Shown here in pieces: positions 48,496 through 61,842 of a stretch of 64,000 bases of DNA. Source of the DNA: Podarcis filfolensis (Eukaryota); the NCBI GenBank assembly GCA_964270895.1, contig OZ185440.1; one strand, 5' to 3'. The position numbers were made by a program, and so were the translations under genes. Numbering within the stretch: position 1 is the first letter of the stretch; each line of letters starts with the position of its first letter. A model generated the notes under the pieces. That model was not told the DNA's origin. It made no database searches and saw only the letters and a list, made by a program, of their open reading frames with translations.

Positions 48496-49929
48496 TGAAG
48501 TCCATATGCGGCCACAAAGACCATAACAGTTATCTTTACATCAAAACAGGCTGCCTTCAAACTGCAACTTACGTATGGATTCCAACTTTTTGTGCCTTGT
48601 ATAGCATTTAATTTTTAGTGGGGTGGATTGCTGATGTTTTGGGAAATATCACAAGTCCCCACCCTTACCAGCTGGGTCTTTCAGACACTTGGAGTTACAA
48701 AAACCCTATTACTACTAACACAGCCTTTTATAAATTTTCAGTCATTATCTGCAACAAATGGGATGGGCTCAAAAGTTTTCAAAACAACTGAGTCTTGATA
48801 TAGTTCCTATTTGCTTTTTTTGTTTCTGAGCCTAGAACACAGTGCTTCATTTCAACATGGGGGTGAGGGGTGGGAGCGGCGGCCAAGAAGGCAGGCTCTT
48901 CCTTTTCAGAAAATGTGCTAAAGAAAATCTTAAGAAGTGCCAAGGACCTATGAAAACTTTAGCTCACTGGTAACAGGGGATTTTAAGATAAATTACCAAA
49001 TCCATTTAGAATACAAATACCTAACTTTGAAATACACCACTTGCTGCTACATGCCCTTTCAGGTTTCCTGTGGAAGTTATTTGTACAGAATAACACTTGG
49101 TCACAAGTATCTGGGTTTTAAAGACCCTAAACATTTTTACAAGATAGATCTAGCAAAATGTTTGGTGAAACTGGTCTGACTCAGCGTGTGGATTATTTCC
49201 TTCTGAAATGCATTGCCATTACATATTTTTATATAACTAGTATATCCATTATGGAATTATTCATATGTTGCTGGCTGCCCCTATAAAGCATCCTTCCCTA
49301 GTCAAAGCATTTGTACAGCATATAAAGGGGAACTACATCAACCCTCCAATATGCTGCATGTGTTGCTTGTTCTGTCTTTGAATTGTCTGCAGGGCCAGCC
49401 CTATCATTAGGCAGAGTGAGGCAATTGCCTCAGGCACTGCATGAGGATGGTGAGACAGGGGGCCTCACTTGCAGCCCTGCTGGCTCTTCCTCCTCACCTG
49501 AGTTTCCCCAGCTGCTCCCCCTCTATTGGAGGGTAAGACATAAAGTATAACACTTTCCTGACAAGTATCTACAAATTTATTTCATTACCCCTTTAATTGC
49601 ATTCCTTAAATTTAATATGGGGTGTTAGGGGATGGGTATGGGACACGTCATGCTCCTTCTGAGGTAGTTTGTCCACCTGTGGTTCCCACCCTGCACTCAT
49701 CTCTCACCTGTGGCTCCTGGAAGCTGTCAGTATGTGACAGCAGCCACACCCCAGAAATGGCTTCAACTGGCCAGCTAAAGCAGGTGAGGGTAACCAATGG
49801 GTCTCAAACCCTCAGTGAGTTTGGGACTTCCCCTGCATGCAAAGACAGGCTATGGTGGATTGAATGGACGAGACCAATAATGGGTCCAATGGCCAAGAAG
49901 ATGATTTCTGCACGTGCTGTAGATGGATA

Positions 49930-50309
49930 TGAGGGGAAGAGGGGGCTCGTCAACCTGGGAAGGTAGCCCATTTAGGAGAAGGAAAATTCTGATCCTAAAC
50001 CTCTGCTGCCCTGCAGGATATCTTCAGAGAATAAAAGGCTAAGGAATAAACCCTACACAAATCAGGGATGGAGTCCCAAAGGCGATTGAATGGTGCCCTG
50101 TACGCCTCCTTCCAGTATTGCTTTCCTCTGATCCACATCAGCAGGGGCGGGGGGGGGGAGGGCCTTGTCATCTGAGCAGCCCAAGATCTCCATATACACT
50201 GCTCAGGCTTGTGCCCAAGGGAGGCCACTTGGGTGCTGCTAATGCAGTGGTTTGACTTCACCTCCAGAGGCACACTCCATTGTCTCTTGAGACAGATGGA
50301 TGTCAACAA
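49930..50309 (+). mobile_element. Non-coding SINE-like retroposon, copy 1
   Basis: About 380 bp; reverse-complement homologous to 55232-55625; ends gagacagatggatgtcaacaa. Confidence 0.7.
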
Positions 50310-51440
50310 TACCTTTATAGCCACTAGGATAAAGCACTTATTGCCTTAGGCTACCTGCTCTAATATTTTCCATTTCAGATTTGTGGGGGTTTTGGACAGC
50401 AATGTTTTCTCTCATAAACTGTACACTTAACACATTTACATCATAAACATTAATTCACTGTAGCATTGGTTTTGGTATCATGTCAAGCACATTTAAAATG
50501 TCTTTACATAATCCTACTTGTTGTGTAGGTGATCCATGGAAATTATTTTATAAACCCAGAGTATCTAAACACAATTACTGTGTAGGTATTAAAGTACAAA
50601 AGAACTAATCCTCTGCTGTCGTGCTCTTTCCCAGCATTCCCCATTCTGGGTGTGTCTATTGTTTTCTACCTTTATAGCAAGTTTCTGTGGCGTCCTAGAA
50701 TGAGATGGTGGAAAGGACATGGGGGGGTGTAACTGAACACAGCACAATAAAATATATACAATTATTATCTGAGCAAATGCAAAATAAGTAATTGTTTTAG
50801 AAGTTCTTATTTCTGTTTTCATGTGAGAATCAATATTTACCAACAGGCTATCCAAAAAGCATTTACTGGCCTTTTGCCCATATATCCTGAGACTGGGGAA
50901 ACCTTTATTCAACTCTGTAGTCTACCGTGCATCAAATTGAGGGGTGAGGAGTAGACCAGCAACAGCGGGGTGGAGTTATATTAGCTTTTTATTCTGGAAT
51001 CCCTCAATTTGCCAGTTTTCATATACAACAGCAGACAGAGGCAGCCTCTTCCCTTGCCCAGCTGCTCAGCCCTTTAAATCTTCTGCAGTACATCCATTAC
51101 TATTTTTTATATTGGCAAAGCTAGCAGTATTTTAAAATTTCCTGTCACTAACTGGGTTTTTATTCCTCTACTTGTAATTTCTGTATTTCAAGGAACTTTA
51201 AAGGGATTTGGTGCTGGAAGAAAGATAAGCTCATTTTTTTCACATTGAGCCAATGAATGAGCCAAAGCTGTTACTCTACTGTGTAGGAAAATGAGACAAA
51301 CAGTTGAGCCATAGCTATTACCCTCCTGCGCAGAAAAGCATTTAGCTGAGTGGTCAGTCAAGTAATGGGGCTCAGCTGAAGGTACCAGGTAATGTCTTCT
51401 GAGCTCACATACATACATGCATAAATACACATTTGTACAC

Positions 51441-51626
51441 AGAGATCCACACCATGCATTTAAGCTCATGGCTTCCCCTAAAGAATACTGGGAACTGTAG
51501 CTTCCCCTTTAAAGAGCTCCAGTTCTCAACACCCTTAACAAACTAGAGTTCCCAAGATTATTTAGGGGAAGGCACATGCTTTAAATGTGCATTGGATGTG
51601 CTTTAAATGTATGGTGTTAATCTGCC
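51441..51626. mobile_element. Harbinger-like MITE, same family
   Basis: gatccacaccatgcattt...atgtgctttaaatgtatggtgttaatctgcc. Confidence 0.7.
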
Positions 51627-52277
51627 GTTCTGTATCAACAGCAGCAAATGGCATCTGCACATATCCACATCATGTTGGTTTTGCAATGGTTTCTACAGCC
51701 CTAACCTTGGGTCAGGCGTTGTTCTCTCTGGAACAAAGCGTTTTCCTATTGTTGGAAAATGTATTGTGCGGACAATGACCTCAGTATAGCTTACCCTTCT
51801 TCCACCACGAAACCTTGGCAGCAGTTCTGTTCCTTGTAGGATCACTTACAGAAAATAAACAGACACCACCCAGGGAGACTGGGAGAGCAAGTGGGGTTTA
51901 TTTTTGGCTGGAGGCTGAAGAAGCACAGGAAGGCTGCCCTCCAGCTCACCCCTCTGCTTGTCATCATGTTCCTGTTCAGCCTATGATGCCCCTGCCTGGT
52001 GCACAAGTCGTGCATTTTACACCTAGGTAGCAGCTGGATGGCTGGGCTGGAGGATTTCAGACTGCTTGGTGAATGAGCACTGGGTGCTGTAAAACTGGTC
52101 TACCCTGCCATTCCATATGAAGTCCTGAAGGCAGCTTACAATGTATAGTAAAAAAACCAAAAGGGAAAAAGGACAACCAAAGACTAGTAAAAATAAACCT
52201 AATAACCCAAAAATAAGATAGCAGTACAGGAGAAAAAAGCAGAGTCATCAACGTATTCATATTAATTAATACATACT

Positions 52278-52330
52278 GGTCCATGGGGTCACAAAGAGTT
52301 GGACACGACTAAACGACTAAACAGCAACAA
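52278..52330 (+). mobile_element. Sauria SINE / BovB-type 3' tail
   Basis: ggtccatggggtcacaaagagttggacacgactaaacgactaaacagcaacaa. Confidence 0.8.
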
Positions 52331-52683
52331 TTGTAAACTTAAGTGCCAATCAGCTGAATGTGAAAAATGGCCATCCAGACAAGAAGGGAGTGGATTATAC
52401 ATACTGCAGGTAAGAGGCAGGAGGCATACATAAAAGTTTGTGAATTAAATTTGCCCTGTTACCTTTCAGGACCTGTGAATTTCCAGCTCTTATGGAATCT
52501 TAATACTGTATAGAGATAAGAAACTGTTAGCTTAACCAGGGGTGGACTTTGGTAATATGGCACCCGGAGTGAAGACTAAATTTGGCACCCCCTCCCTAAG
52601 TATTTCTTATTTTCACAATCATTCCTTTCTGGTACAGTTGCTTTTTAATGGATCTCCTCAGTAGGTACTCATATAAATATAGA

Positions 52684-52706
52684 TTCTTCTTCTTCTTCTT
52701 CTTCTT

Positions 52707-52737
<31 letters not shown>

Positions 52738-52770
52738 TTATTATTATTATTATTATTATTATTTATTATT
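52684..52770. repeat. Compound microsatellite (TTC)~17(TTA)~11
   Basis: Read directly from the sequence. Confidence 0.97.
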
Positions 52771-52771
52771 A

Positions 52772-52999
52772 CAGCGGTACCTTGGGTTAAGTACTTAATT
52801 CGTTCCGGAAGTCTGTTCTTAACCTGAAACTGTTCTTAACCTGAAGCACCACTTTAGCCAATGGGGCCTCCTGCTGCTGCCACGCCGCCGGAACACGATT
52901 TCTGTTCTCATCCTGAAGCAAAGTTCTTAACCTGAAGCACTATTTCTGGGATAGCAGCGTCTGTAACCTGAAGCGTCTGTAACCTGAAGCGTATGTAAC
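52772..52999. mobile_element. Second copy of the same Tigger-like MITE, right end truncated
   Basis: High by-eye identity to 37547-37788; left TIR preceded by TA; right TIR missing. Confidence 0.88.
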
Positions 53000-54481
53000 G
53001 CTTATTATGCACCCCCTCAGCTTGGCACCCTGTGGGGGGGGACTGCCAGCACCCCCCTAAATCCAGCACTGCCTTATTGCTTTAATGCATCTGCAAAGGA
53101 CTTCAAATTTGATCAGAGCAGTGTGTGTGCGCATGGGGGGAGGGATGGGTATAAGACATTATAATTAAGGCAGAAGATTGATCTCTAGGGGGAAAGCAAA
53201 TTATCTCCAGAAGATCAAAAGCAATCAATCTACCACTGCACCCACCTGTCTGTTTAGCGGCTTTGCCAAAAGAACCTACCACTTGGGTTGCCATCTCGCC
53301 TGTTTCAAACTAGCTTAACTACCTAGGCCACAGGCCAATTCGTCTTCTCTCGATCCCTTCTACACCTGTCCTGCATTGTTCTGAGTGGGGGACTGTCACT
53401 TTGTAAGCCATAGGTCATAGTGCCAAATCTTGCAATGTGGCACCTTGCCAAACCATAGCAGGAAAAGTATGTTAAAAATTTGGTGTCCCATGCTGGGGCT
53501 TGACGGCTGGATGGGCTCCCAGCCAAAAGCAGCCATGTGCTTGATCTGAATGGAGAGCTTCTCGCTCTGGGCCAAAAAAGCCAAAATAATCAGCAAAGCC
53601 CCAATGCGTACAGCTATGTGTGACTCACTTGGTGGGAGGTGTGGGGCAAAGAGATCTTCTCTTCCTCCTCCTCTGCTCTGACCTTCATTCAGGACATGCC
53701 ACTGAGTGTCTCGCCCTGTGGCTACTTTTTCCTGGCTCAGTAACCCCTCTACCTCAGCTTTCTCTCTGTGTTTGTTTATATGGCACTTTTCAGTGGTTCA
53801 GTCATTGCTCTGATCCAGTGTGTTCTGTGTTATATTGCCACATGTGACTTTGCAGTGTGGGTGTGTCTCTAAATTTAATGCGGGTCTTGTCAGGTCGTCC
53901 TGCCACCGGCTGAGAAAGGTGAGCCATTAATCCATTTTCATGACAGAATTTTGCTCCCAAAATCTACTGGATCAACTTTGATCAACTTTTCCCTGTCAAT
54001 TGATCTGTCCACAAAGATTGTATTTTAGAGCACTTTAATTTTATTGTCTGTTTTGAATGGGCTTTTGCTGCTTTATTTGTTATTTAAATTTGCTGTACTA
54101 TTTTCCATGCTTTATTTTATTATTATTACTAAAGTGTACTTTTTTATTTCTTATGTTAAATTTGTTACGTTTGTTTCAAAGTTACGTTGAAGTACAGGAT
54201 ATAAATGGTGTAGAGGCAACTCATCATTTGCATGGGGGTTGTGTTCCGAGGCACTGTGCGTGCTGGCGGGCCACACGTAAGCCCATCCCCCCGTTCCTCC
54301 CCAATCCTGCCTGTTCCACCCCCTTCCGGTGTGTGTGACTCTAATGCATGCAAATTGGGAGTTGACTATAAATAAATTAATAAGTGAGATGGGTTTGTGC
54401 CTATAATTTATCCACCATTCATCATATATTAATTGACTCCAACATTTTCATTTTTTTGACCTAGTCATGCAAAGCCTAGAT

Positions 54482-54615
54482 CAGGGATGGGGAGCCTCTG
54501 TCATGCCAGATGTTGCTGGACTGCAGTTCATATCATCCCCAACCCATACTAGACAGAACTGATGGGAGCTGGGAGTTCAACAACATCTGGAAGGCCACAG
54601 GCTTCCCACCTCTGG
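54482..54615. mobile_element. Related hAT MITE (ccagatgtt...aacatctgg family)
   Basis: TIR-like ends cagggatgggg/cccacctctg; TSD gcctagat/gccaagaa (6/8). A further decayed copy lies at about 56880-56990. Confidence 0.65.
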
Positions 54616-55231
54616 CCAAGAATGCTATAAACTGAAGGTTTAAGGAGGAAGAAACAAACACTTCCTGGGCTGGATGACAGAAGGAAATGGTTGTCATAAG
54701 CAGCAGTTTCTTGGCTGTATCACCACAGGGGGAGGATGACATCATGGAACGCTCTTCTACAGAAATTACTGGCATATAGAAAACTGGCATGTCAGGGACA
54801 AGGCTGGACTGGAATACTTCTCTCTGGCATTGACCTTTCTATGTGCAGAGGTTTGGGGGTTTGTTTGCTTTTTTTTGTAGGGAGAAGCGGTGATATAAGC
54901 TCTTACTTGTGCTCTGCAGTGATGTAGTCAAGAAACAAGTTTACCACCTCACCTTTGTTTGTGAGAAGTACTCTAAGGTCACAACACCAAATGCAATTTC
55001 TTTATAATCCAGTTGGCAAAAGCCTTGCCTAATACTCAGGGACATGTGTAGTTCCTGTCACTTCATAAGTCGTGGTGCCAAGTCTGTGCTAACAAAACAA
55101 AAAAATTGTTTCCTATCTGCTAGCAGCTTCTATGATTTTATACATGAGCATAGCTACAGCCCCAGTGGTTAATGTACTGTATAATAACATATGGGACAAC
55201 ACAGTCATGACTAAATTAACTTATTATATTA

Positions 55232-55625
55232 GTTGTTGGCATCTGTCTGTCTTGAGAGACAATAGAGTGTGCTTCCGGGGGTGAAGTCAAACCATTGCAT
55301 TAGCAGCACCAAAATTATCTCTCTGGGGCGCAAGCCTGGGCAGTGTATGGAGGTACTGCACTGCCCAGATGACAAGACTGCCCCCCTCGGCCTCACTGAT
55401 GTGGTCCAAAGGAAAGCAGAGCAATATGTTTGCTACCCACTTGGCTGCAGGAGTTTCTGGAACCATCTTAGGGACTCCACTCCAGGTTTGTGAAGGGCTT
55501 ACTCCTTAGCCTTTTCTTCTCCCAAAGATATTCCACAAGGCAGAAGAGGTCTTCTCCTAGATGGGCTACCTTCCCAGGTTGATGACTCCATCTGCCTCTT
55601 ACTTCCCTCTGGACCATGTACCTTA
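55232..55625 (-). mobile_element. Non-coding SINE-like retroposon, copy 2
   Basis: Shares gtcaacctgggaaggtagcccat.taggagaag, aaaaggctaagga.taaacc and ggtttgacttcacc with copy 1; each copy has a different internal deletion. Confidence 0.7.
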
Positions 55626-56190
55626 CATAGTTCCTTGTTGCCCTCTGCATGGCATGCAACAAGGAACTACTGGTATGTAAGGTACACAAGCTGCAATCCA
55701 GCTGTTGCCCAATGAGAAGCAGAATGTGCCACCTTTCTGGAAAACAGAGGGAAATGGGTGAGATGACCAAAATAACACCCTCCAGTAGCCTGTTATTATT
55801 AGTTATAAAAGCCCAGTTTCTTGTGAGCTGAATATGCTCCCCATACTAATCAACCAGCTCCTCCTTAATGACTCCCTTCAAAGCTCAGTGGGAGGGGAGG
55901 GGTACAGGTAGGAAAAGGATTTCAATTAGACAGAAATGAAAAGTGGATTTCATGGATATATGGGGAATGGATGAACATAAGTAGGTCCCTGCTAGACCAG
56001 ACACACCTAGTCCAACCTTTTGTTCCTTACAGTCCAACCAAATGCCTATGAGAACCCTGCAGTAGTCCTCTCCCCCTCCTCTTGTAGATGACCAGCTTTT
56101 GGCAGAGTGGATACAAAAGGACCTGTTATCCAGCTCTGTGTCCATACCCTTGTGGCCTACCAGGCCTCATCAACTGACCCACAGACTAGG

Positions 56191-56326
56191 CAGGGATTCC
56201 GAAACTTGGGTCTCCAGCTGATTTTGGACTACAACTCCCATCATCCCTAACTAGCTGCACCAATGGTCAGGGGTGATGGGAATTTTAGTCCAAAAACAGC
56301 TGGAGACCCACGTTTGGGAAATCCTG
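56191..56326. mobile_element. Palindromic hAT-type MITE, copy 3
   Basis: Same family; near-perfect palindrome; imperfect CTAG-centred TSD. Confidence 0.85.
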
Positions 56327-59300
56327 TACTAGGGCAGCATCCTTAACTAAATAGCTTTTCCTTCTAAACTGCAAACACATCACCCTCCACCTCCAGTGCT
56401 TGGAATTAAGAGAGAAGCGAGGGGTTATGGGCTTCTGTTGGGGCAGGCAGAACGAAGCAGCAGACAGTATGGCTGAAAAGAGGACTACAACGACATTATG
56501 TTATTAAAGGGTGCATTTTGAGATTTTGAAGGAAACAATGTGTCAACTTACAACTTAACAGTCAAAAGCAACTTCTTGTTCAAACGAAAGGCCATTTTTA
56601 ATATTTGCTTTTTCATGTCCTGCTACAATAACACACCAGAGAGATGGTTTAAAAAAATAAAAACTCTCCCCACTGAACTGCACTGATTGTGCTTCTTGAG
56701 TCTTCATTGGATGCAAACGCTGCAGACCCACAGTGTGCCTTGTCTGCGCCACTCCCTTATCTATCATTCAGTTGCCCCATAAACACATATTAAGTAGGAT
56801 ACAAATTTATTAGTGAAAGGGAACATTTAGGAATTGGTATCTTGCTATGCTGCGTGTAAGAAACGATAGTCTAGTATGCCAGCACTCGCCAACTTGGTGC
56901 CTTCCAGATGTTTTGGATAACGGTGCTGCCTGGGCTTGATGGCTGATGTAGTCCAAAACATCTGGAGGTCACCAGGTTGAAAAAGACTGTAGTATATTGG
57001 CAGAAGGTTAGAGGTTGCACTTTCTCAATGCATGTTTATAGGTGGCCACTGATTTGTTTATTGTAATACACATTGTGAGTATGGAACTAGGGTCTAATAA
57101 TTGTTATGAATTAGTTCGTCCTGTTGATAGCATTGTAGCATTGTACTGGTAATATTTCTCTCCCACCAGGCAGGCTACGCTTAGGTGTATGAGCAATAGA
57201 GAGCATCAAATACCAAGAATTTGGTGGAGCCATCTGTGCCTTTGAAATAAGAGGGCCCTACAGGCAGCCATTACTACCTGCTGCCTTCATTGTCCAGCCT
57301 GACACCATCCCTGTAGGAGCCTTTTGTGGTGCAGCCTGAACCACCTCCCCTTTTCTGGTCATCCCCAGTAGTAGGGCAGGGCTGGTATGCCTGTAGCCCA
57401 GCAGGGGTTGCCAAAGCAGAACTGCTTCCCTGGCCTGTGGCCTTCCTAATGGGGTCTGCTGGGTCTTGGCAAAAGCCTAACCACAGGGCTACAATATGGC
57501 CCAGCAGGAAGTAAACCTTTAATTGTCTTGCACCTGAGCACAAGACAGGTGACCCAGGGCCCGCCATTGCTGGGAACCTGTAATTTTGCCTCCAAAGTAA
57601 TTGAATCCCTGGCAGTCCCCCTAGTCCCCCTGTACAATTCTCTATTAAGGCTTTGAAGTAAGGGGACTGGCCAGAGGGGCATCATTAGCAAGGTATTGCA
57701 GTTTGCTTTGCAGAGACCCTTTATTGAGAGCTGGCCCTGCCCATTTGACTGGCTGGCAGGGTTAAACTAAAGTGGGCCATGTCCTTACGAGGAATGTGAA
57801 GATTCAGTTGCATGCAGGTTTTCCAGGTTAAGATCTAAAACAAAGGTCTTACCATTTCCCCTGCGCTGTTTTCCTTCTAGAAAAATCACCGCCAGCACAG
57901 CCACTTTCCCCCAATATCACCGTCAGGGGCAAATAGCAGCTTGGGATTGTGGTGATTTTTTTTTTTAATAGAAAACAACATGGGGGGAGGCTCTGCTTGG
58001 CCCCTTTCCTCTGAATGGTTGTCCCAATCCCCCAAGTCTGCTTTCTCTAAAGAAATAGGTTGACTCTCCTTATGTACATTAGTTAGACAAGCTTCGTTTG
58101 GCCCTTGGTTCTACTGGCCCTTCCTCACTGCACTGTTAATTTCTGAGGAGAGATTTTGACCTAAGCCTTTTGGGTCCAAGTTAAACATTCTTGTCCACTA
58201 CAACAAACTTTTTGTGTCATAGCATCACACTGTTGACTCATGTTCAGCTTCCTAATGAAGACAGTCCCTAAATGGCAAGCCATACCTTACATACAAAAGT
58301 GTAATGAAGTAATTGAATTAAATGAATAGCTGCCTTGAGAAGTAGACCTATTGAGTGGAGAAGTGGTGGTAAAGGCAGCTTGGGGAATATTTATTTCAAT
58401 CATAAAAAGACGAACCGGGGGCCCCGCCTGCCCACTAGTCCTCAATATCTTAGCCTCCCGAGCCTGCTTTTCATTAACTAAGGAAATAAGCATGCAGAGA
58501 TATGTATGTATAAGATATGTGACTAAGGGATAGAGCCAATCTAGGAGTAAGCCCTACTGAATTAAGAAGGCCTGATTTCTGAGTAGACATAGTTAGGATT
58601 GTGCTGTGAGTTAGTTAAACTTAGATCCCACTGGATCAGTGGGAAAAATTAATCATGACTGAGTTCCTATCCAATCAGTGGGATTTAAGGAACTAACTTT
58701 GTCCAGAAAAGATCCAACCCAATCTTGTAGTTTACTCCTAAATCTGGCTCAAATTTAATTGTTGCTTTTTAGACACTTAGCCCTAGTTTTAAAATTTTTA
58801 ATTTCCTACTTTACAGTTAAGATTGTACAATAATGCTACCAAACTCCTACTTAATTATTCTTACCACTCTTCTTTCCTCCCTGTGCAAAACATCTTTGTT
58901 CCATTACATTTTATTTTCTAATTCATGGAGATGTTGAATGTTTAGCTATCCCTCTAAATAACCAAGGTCCTGCAGGACATAGTATCTCTGGTTTGGACTG
59001 GAAAGCTAAATAAATATGAAGCACTTTGAAGCAACTGGTGGTGACACCATGGCAGAGGGGCTCCGGTAACAATCCTGCATTTCATAACAAACCATCCCAC
59101 GCATCGAATGTCAACAGTGCTTGTCCACAGCCACACTTGCTCAACATACACACAGAGGCAACACATTCAGGTCTATCCACTTGGGCTCCTGCAAACCTGC
59201 TCCCACACGCAGCTCTGTTGTCACATGGGCAGATGCTGACACCATACACATCTACTCAAAATATTGGCATTTAATTAAGGCCAACACAGAGTCACTTGAT

Positions 59301-59789
59301 CTAACCTAACAGGTTGGAGCTGGGAGAACTGCCAAAAGGTGATGAAGTTCAACAGTGCAACATCTCTGGGGTGGGGCCCAAATCCATAAGGCATGTCAGA
59401 AGAGCACAATGTAATGCAATGGTAATAAAAGCAATAGTGTATAATGGGATCCTCTTAACATATTAATTATGAAGTAACAGCCTCTCAGCCCCAACAAACC
59501 TTCACCAGTATGTGCAAGGCAAGGGGCACATAGCCAGAATCACATAAAATAGATTAGTTATCCTATACGATGATTCACTTTTTTACAATAAATAATAGAT
59601 TAAATCAGTAAAATAAAGCGATTTGCCCCCTCACGAAGGTCAGATTTATAAGTTAGATGGTGATTGTGACCTTTTTATTGATGGTAACTACAGGCAAGGG
59701 GGTGGTAGTTACTCTAGATTAATTATGTAATTTATTAATGTTTGAGGGGGAAGGTTGTGCATAAGTGAAACTATGATATCACCTTAGCA

Positions 59790-60370
59790 TACATGTGCCC
59801 ACTCGACTGCTTCGATCGACAGAAATGGCATTACTACAAGTAGCACCTAACACCCATTCTGTATTTATAAAAACTTGGTTGTTTAGTGTGGCAGCGCCTA
59901 TACTTTGGAACTCCCTGCCTATTGAGATCAAGTGGGCTCCTTCACTGTACAGTCATACTTCAGGTTACAGATGCTTCGGGTTGCAAGATTTTGGGTTGTG
60001 GACCACGCCGAACCCAGAAGTACTGGAACGGGTTACTTCCGGGTTTCGGTGCTTGCACATGCGCAGAAGCGCCGAATCACGACCCGCACGTGTGCAGATG
60101 TGTGGGTTGTGAACGTGCCTCCCACACAGATCACGTTCGCAATCCGAGCGTCCACTGTACTCTTTTTGACACCTGCTAAAAACATTCCTGTTTATATAAG
60201 CCTACCCAGATGCTTAGAAAGTTGAGGTAATTTTAACCTGTTTTAGTATTTTAACTTCTGTATGTTTTAAGGTAGGGTTGTACTTTTTTCTTGATTTCAC
60301 TGTTTTATCTTTTGTCGACCGCTTTGAGGTGTTTACAATCAAGCGATGTAAAATTTTAATGAAATAAATA
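59790..60370 (+). mobile_element. L2-clade LINE 3' end interrupted by a Tigger-like MITE
   Basis: FSVAAPILWNSLPIEIKWAPSLY continues after the insertion as SF*HLLKTFLF, then a 3' tail ending aatgaaataaata. Confidence 0.8.
59950..60157. mobile_element. Tigger-like MITE (different subfamily)
   Basis: TA-cagt...aatccgagcgtccactg-TA; removing it restores the L2 reading frame. Confidence 0.82.
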
Positions 60371-61029
60371 GTGCTGCAATGAGTGCCTCTGATGCAAGAG
60401 CATTCCACGCAGTAGTCTCTAACCATGCAAATTAAGCCAGGAGAGAAGAATGATGATCGCTTGAGTCATTTCTGTAAATCACCACTTCATTGTGGCTTGC
60501 GATAGCAAACTGTCCAATTGCTAATCCACACAAACAATTTGCTTCTCAGCACAAAAAGAAATTTCTGTTAATAGGTTGCTTGGATCCACCCTCTGCAATT
60601 TAGTGTATGACCTGTATGGCTGCCAACTTCAAGGGCCTGTGTCGGGGTGGAGACCTCAGGCCCGTAGACCAAATGTGGCCCTACAGCCTCTCTATCTGGC
60701 CCTTGGAACTCTCCAAGCCACACCCCTCACTGGCCCTGCTTTGTACCCTCCTTGGGTGTTTTGCATGGCTGAATGGAAGATAACGATAATGTGTGTATCT
60801 AGAAACCAGTCTGCTGTACAAGGATAAAAATTACATTTCTTTTGCAACTGGTCCTGCTCCACAATTGGCATGTCAATCAGCCTAGGCTGGTTATCATTAG
60901 TCAGGCCAAATGTCACCATATGGGAGGGTGAGAGAGTCCACAGTGGGACTAGCATAGGAGGGGGAGCAGTGGCGGACTTTGGGCTCTCAAATTTCAGTGG
61001 AACCCTGTGCAATGCTGAAATTCTGTACC

Positions 61030-61520
61030 CACCCCAACCGCTTCTTGCACTCCTGTTGTAGTCTCTTCGCTGAGCAGCAACATGCAGAGCTCAGTAGAGT
61101 AGGAGGCCAGTCAACCAAAAGGGTCTCTGAGGTGTACTTACCTGGAAGCAGAGTCAGCATCCAAAGCCAGGTCTAGTCCTAGGGTCAGGCAAACAGCAGT
61201 TCACATGGTCAGATGGTCCAGTGGTCAGGGAATCCAATGATTCAGGAGTCAAGGGTCAAGACAAGCAGGAAGCAGCAAGGTAGGATTAGGAACTACAAGC
61301 ATCGTTTCCAGCATCTGAATGCTGCTGGAAGCTCTACTTAAGAAGGCTGAAGCCTTCTCCATCAGTACCTTCTCCTCTGTGTCCTTGACGGATGATCAGC
61401 CACAGGTGAAGTCACTCTGCCTTCTCCCCCTTTGGGCTGCTGTTCAGCAGGCAAAGCTGGCTCCTGGCCCATGACAACTCCATTCTGCAGCACTGTTGTG
61501 GTGCCCCATGCAGTTCGGTG
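61030..61520. mobile_element. Possible decayed Gypsy-type solo LTR
   Basis: Run of ggtcagg/agtc/aggaa motifs followed by ttccagc...cttaa...caggtg, resembling squamate LTR texture; termini not resolved. Confidence 0.3.
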
Positions 61521-61842
61521 CCCATTTGAAGGGTTCTTGCAATAATTATTGAGACAGTATGTGTGAAATACTTTGAACCCTTACAGAAAACACTTATCAT
61601 TATTCATAGGCGTGCAGTCTTGGTTTGCAGTGTTAAGTGATGGGGGACTTACTTGATCCTGCTATTAATTCTTCATTCCCCTTAAAAAGAACACTTTCAT
61701 TTCTAATGCGACCTTGTCCGGTTTTAATTGACAAACATAATGTTTCCCCCCAAAATCTTTGTTTTAGCAATTTGAATTAATTTCAGAATTTGGCTCTTAT
61801 AAAAAAATATTTTGTGCCCACCTCCACCCAGAAAAAGATGTA

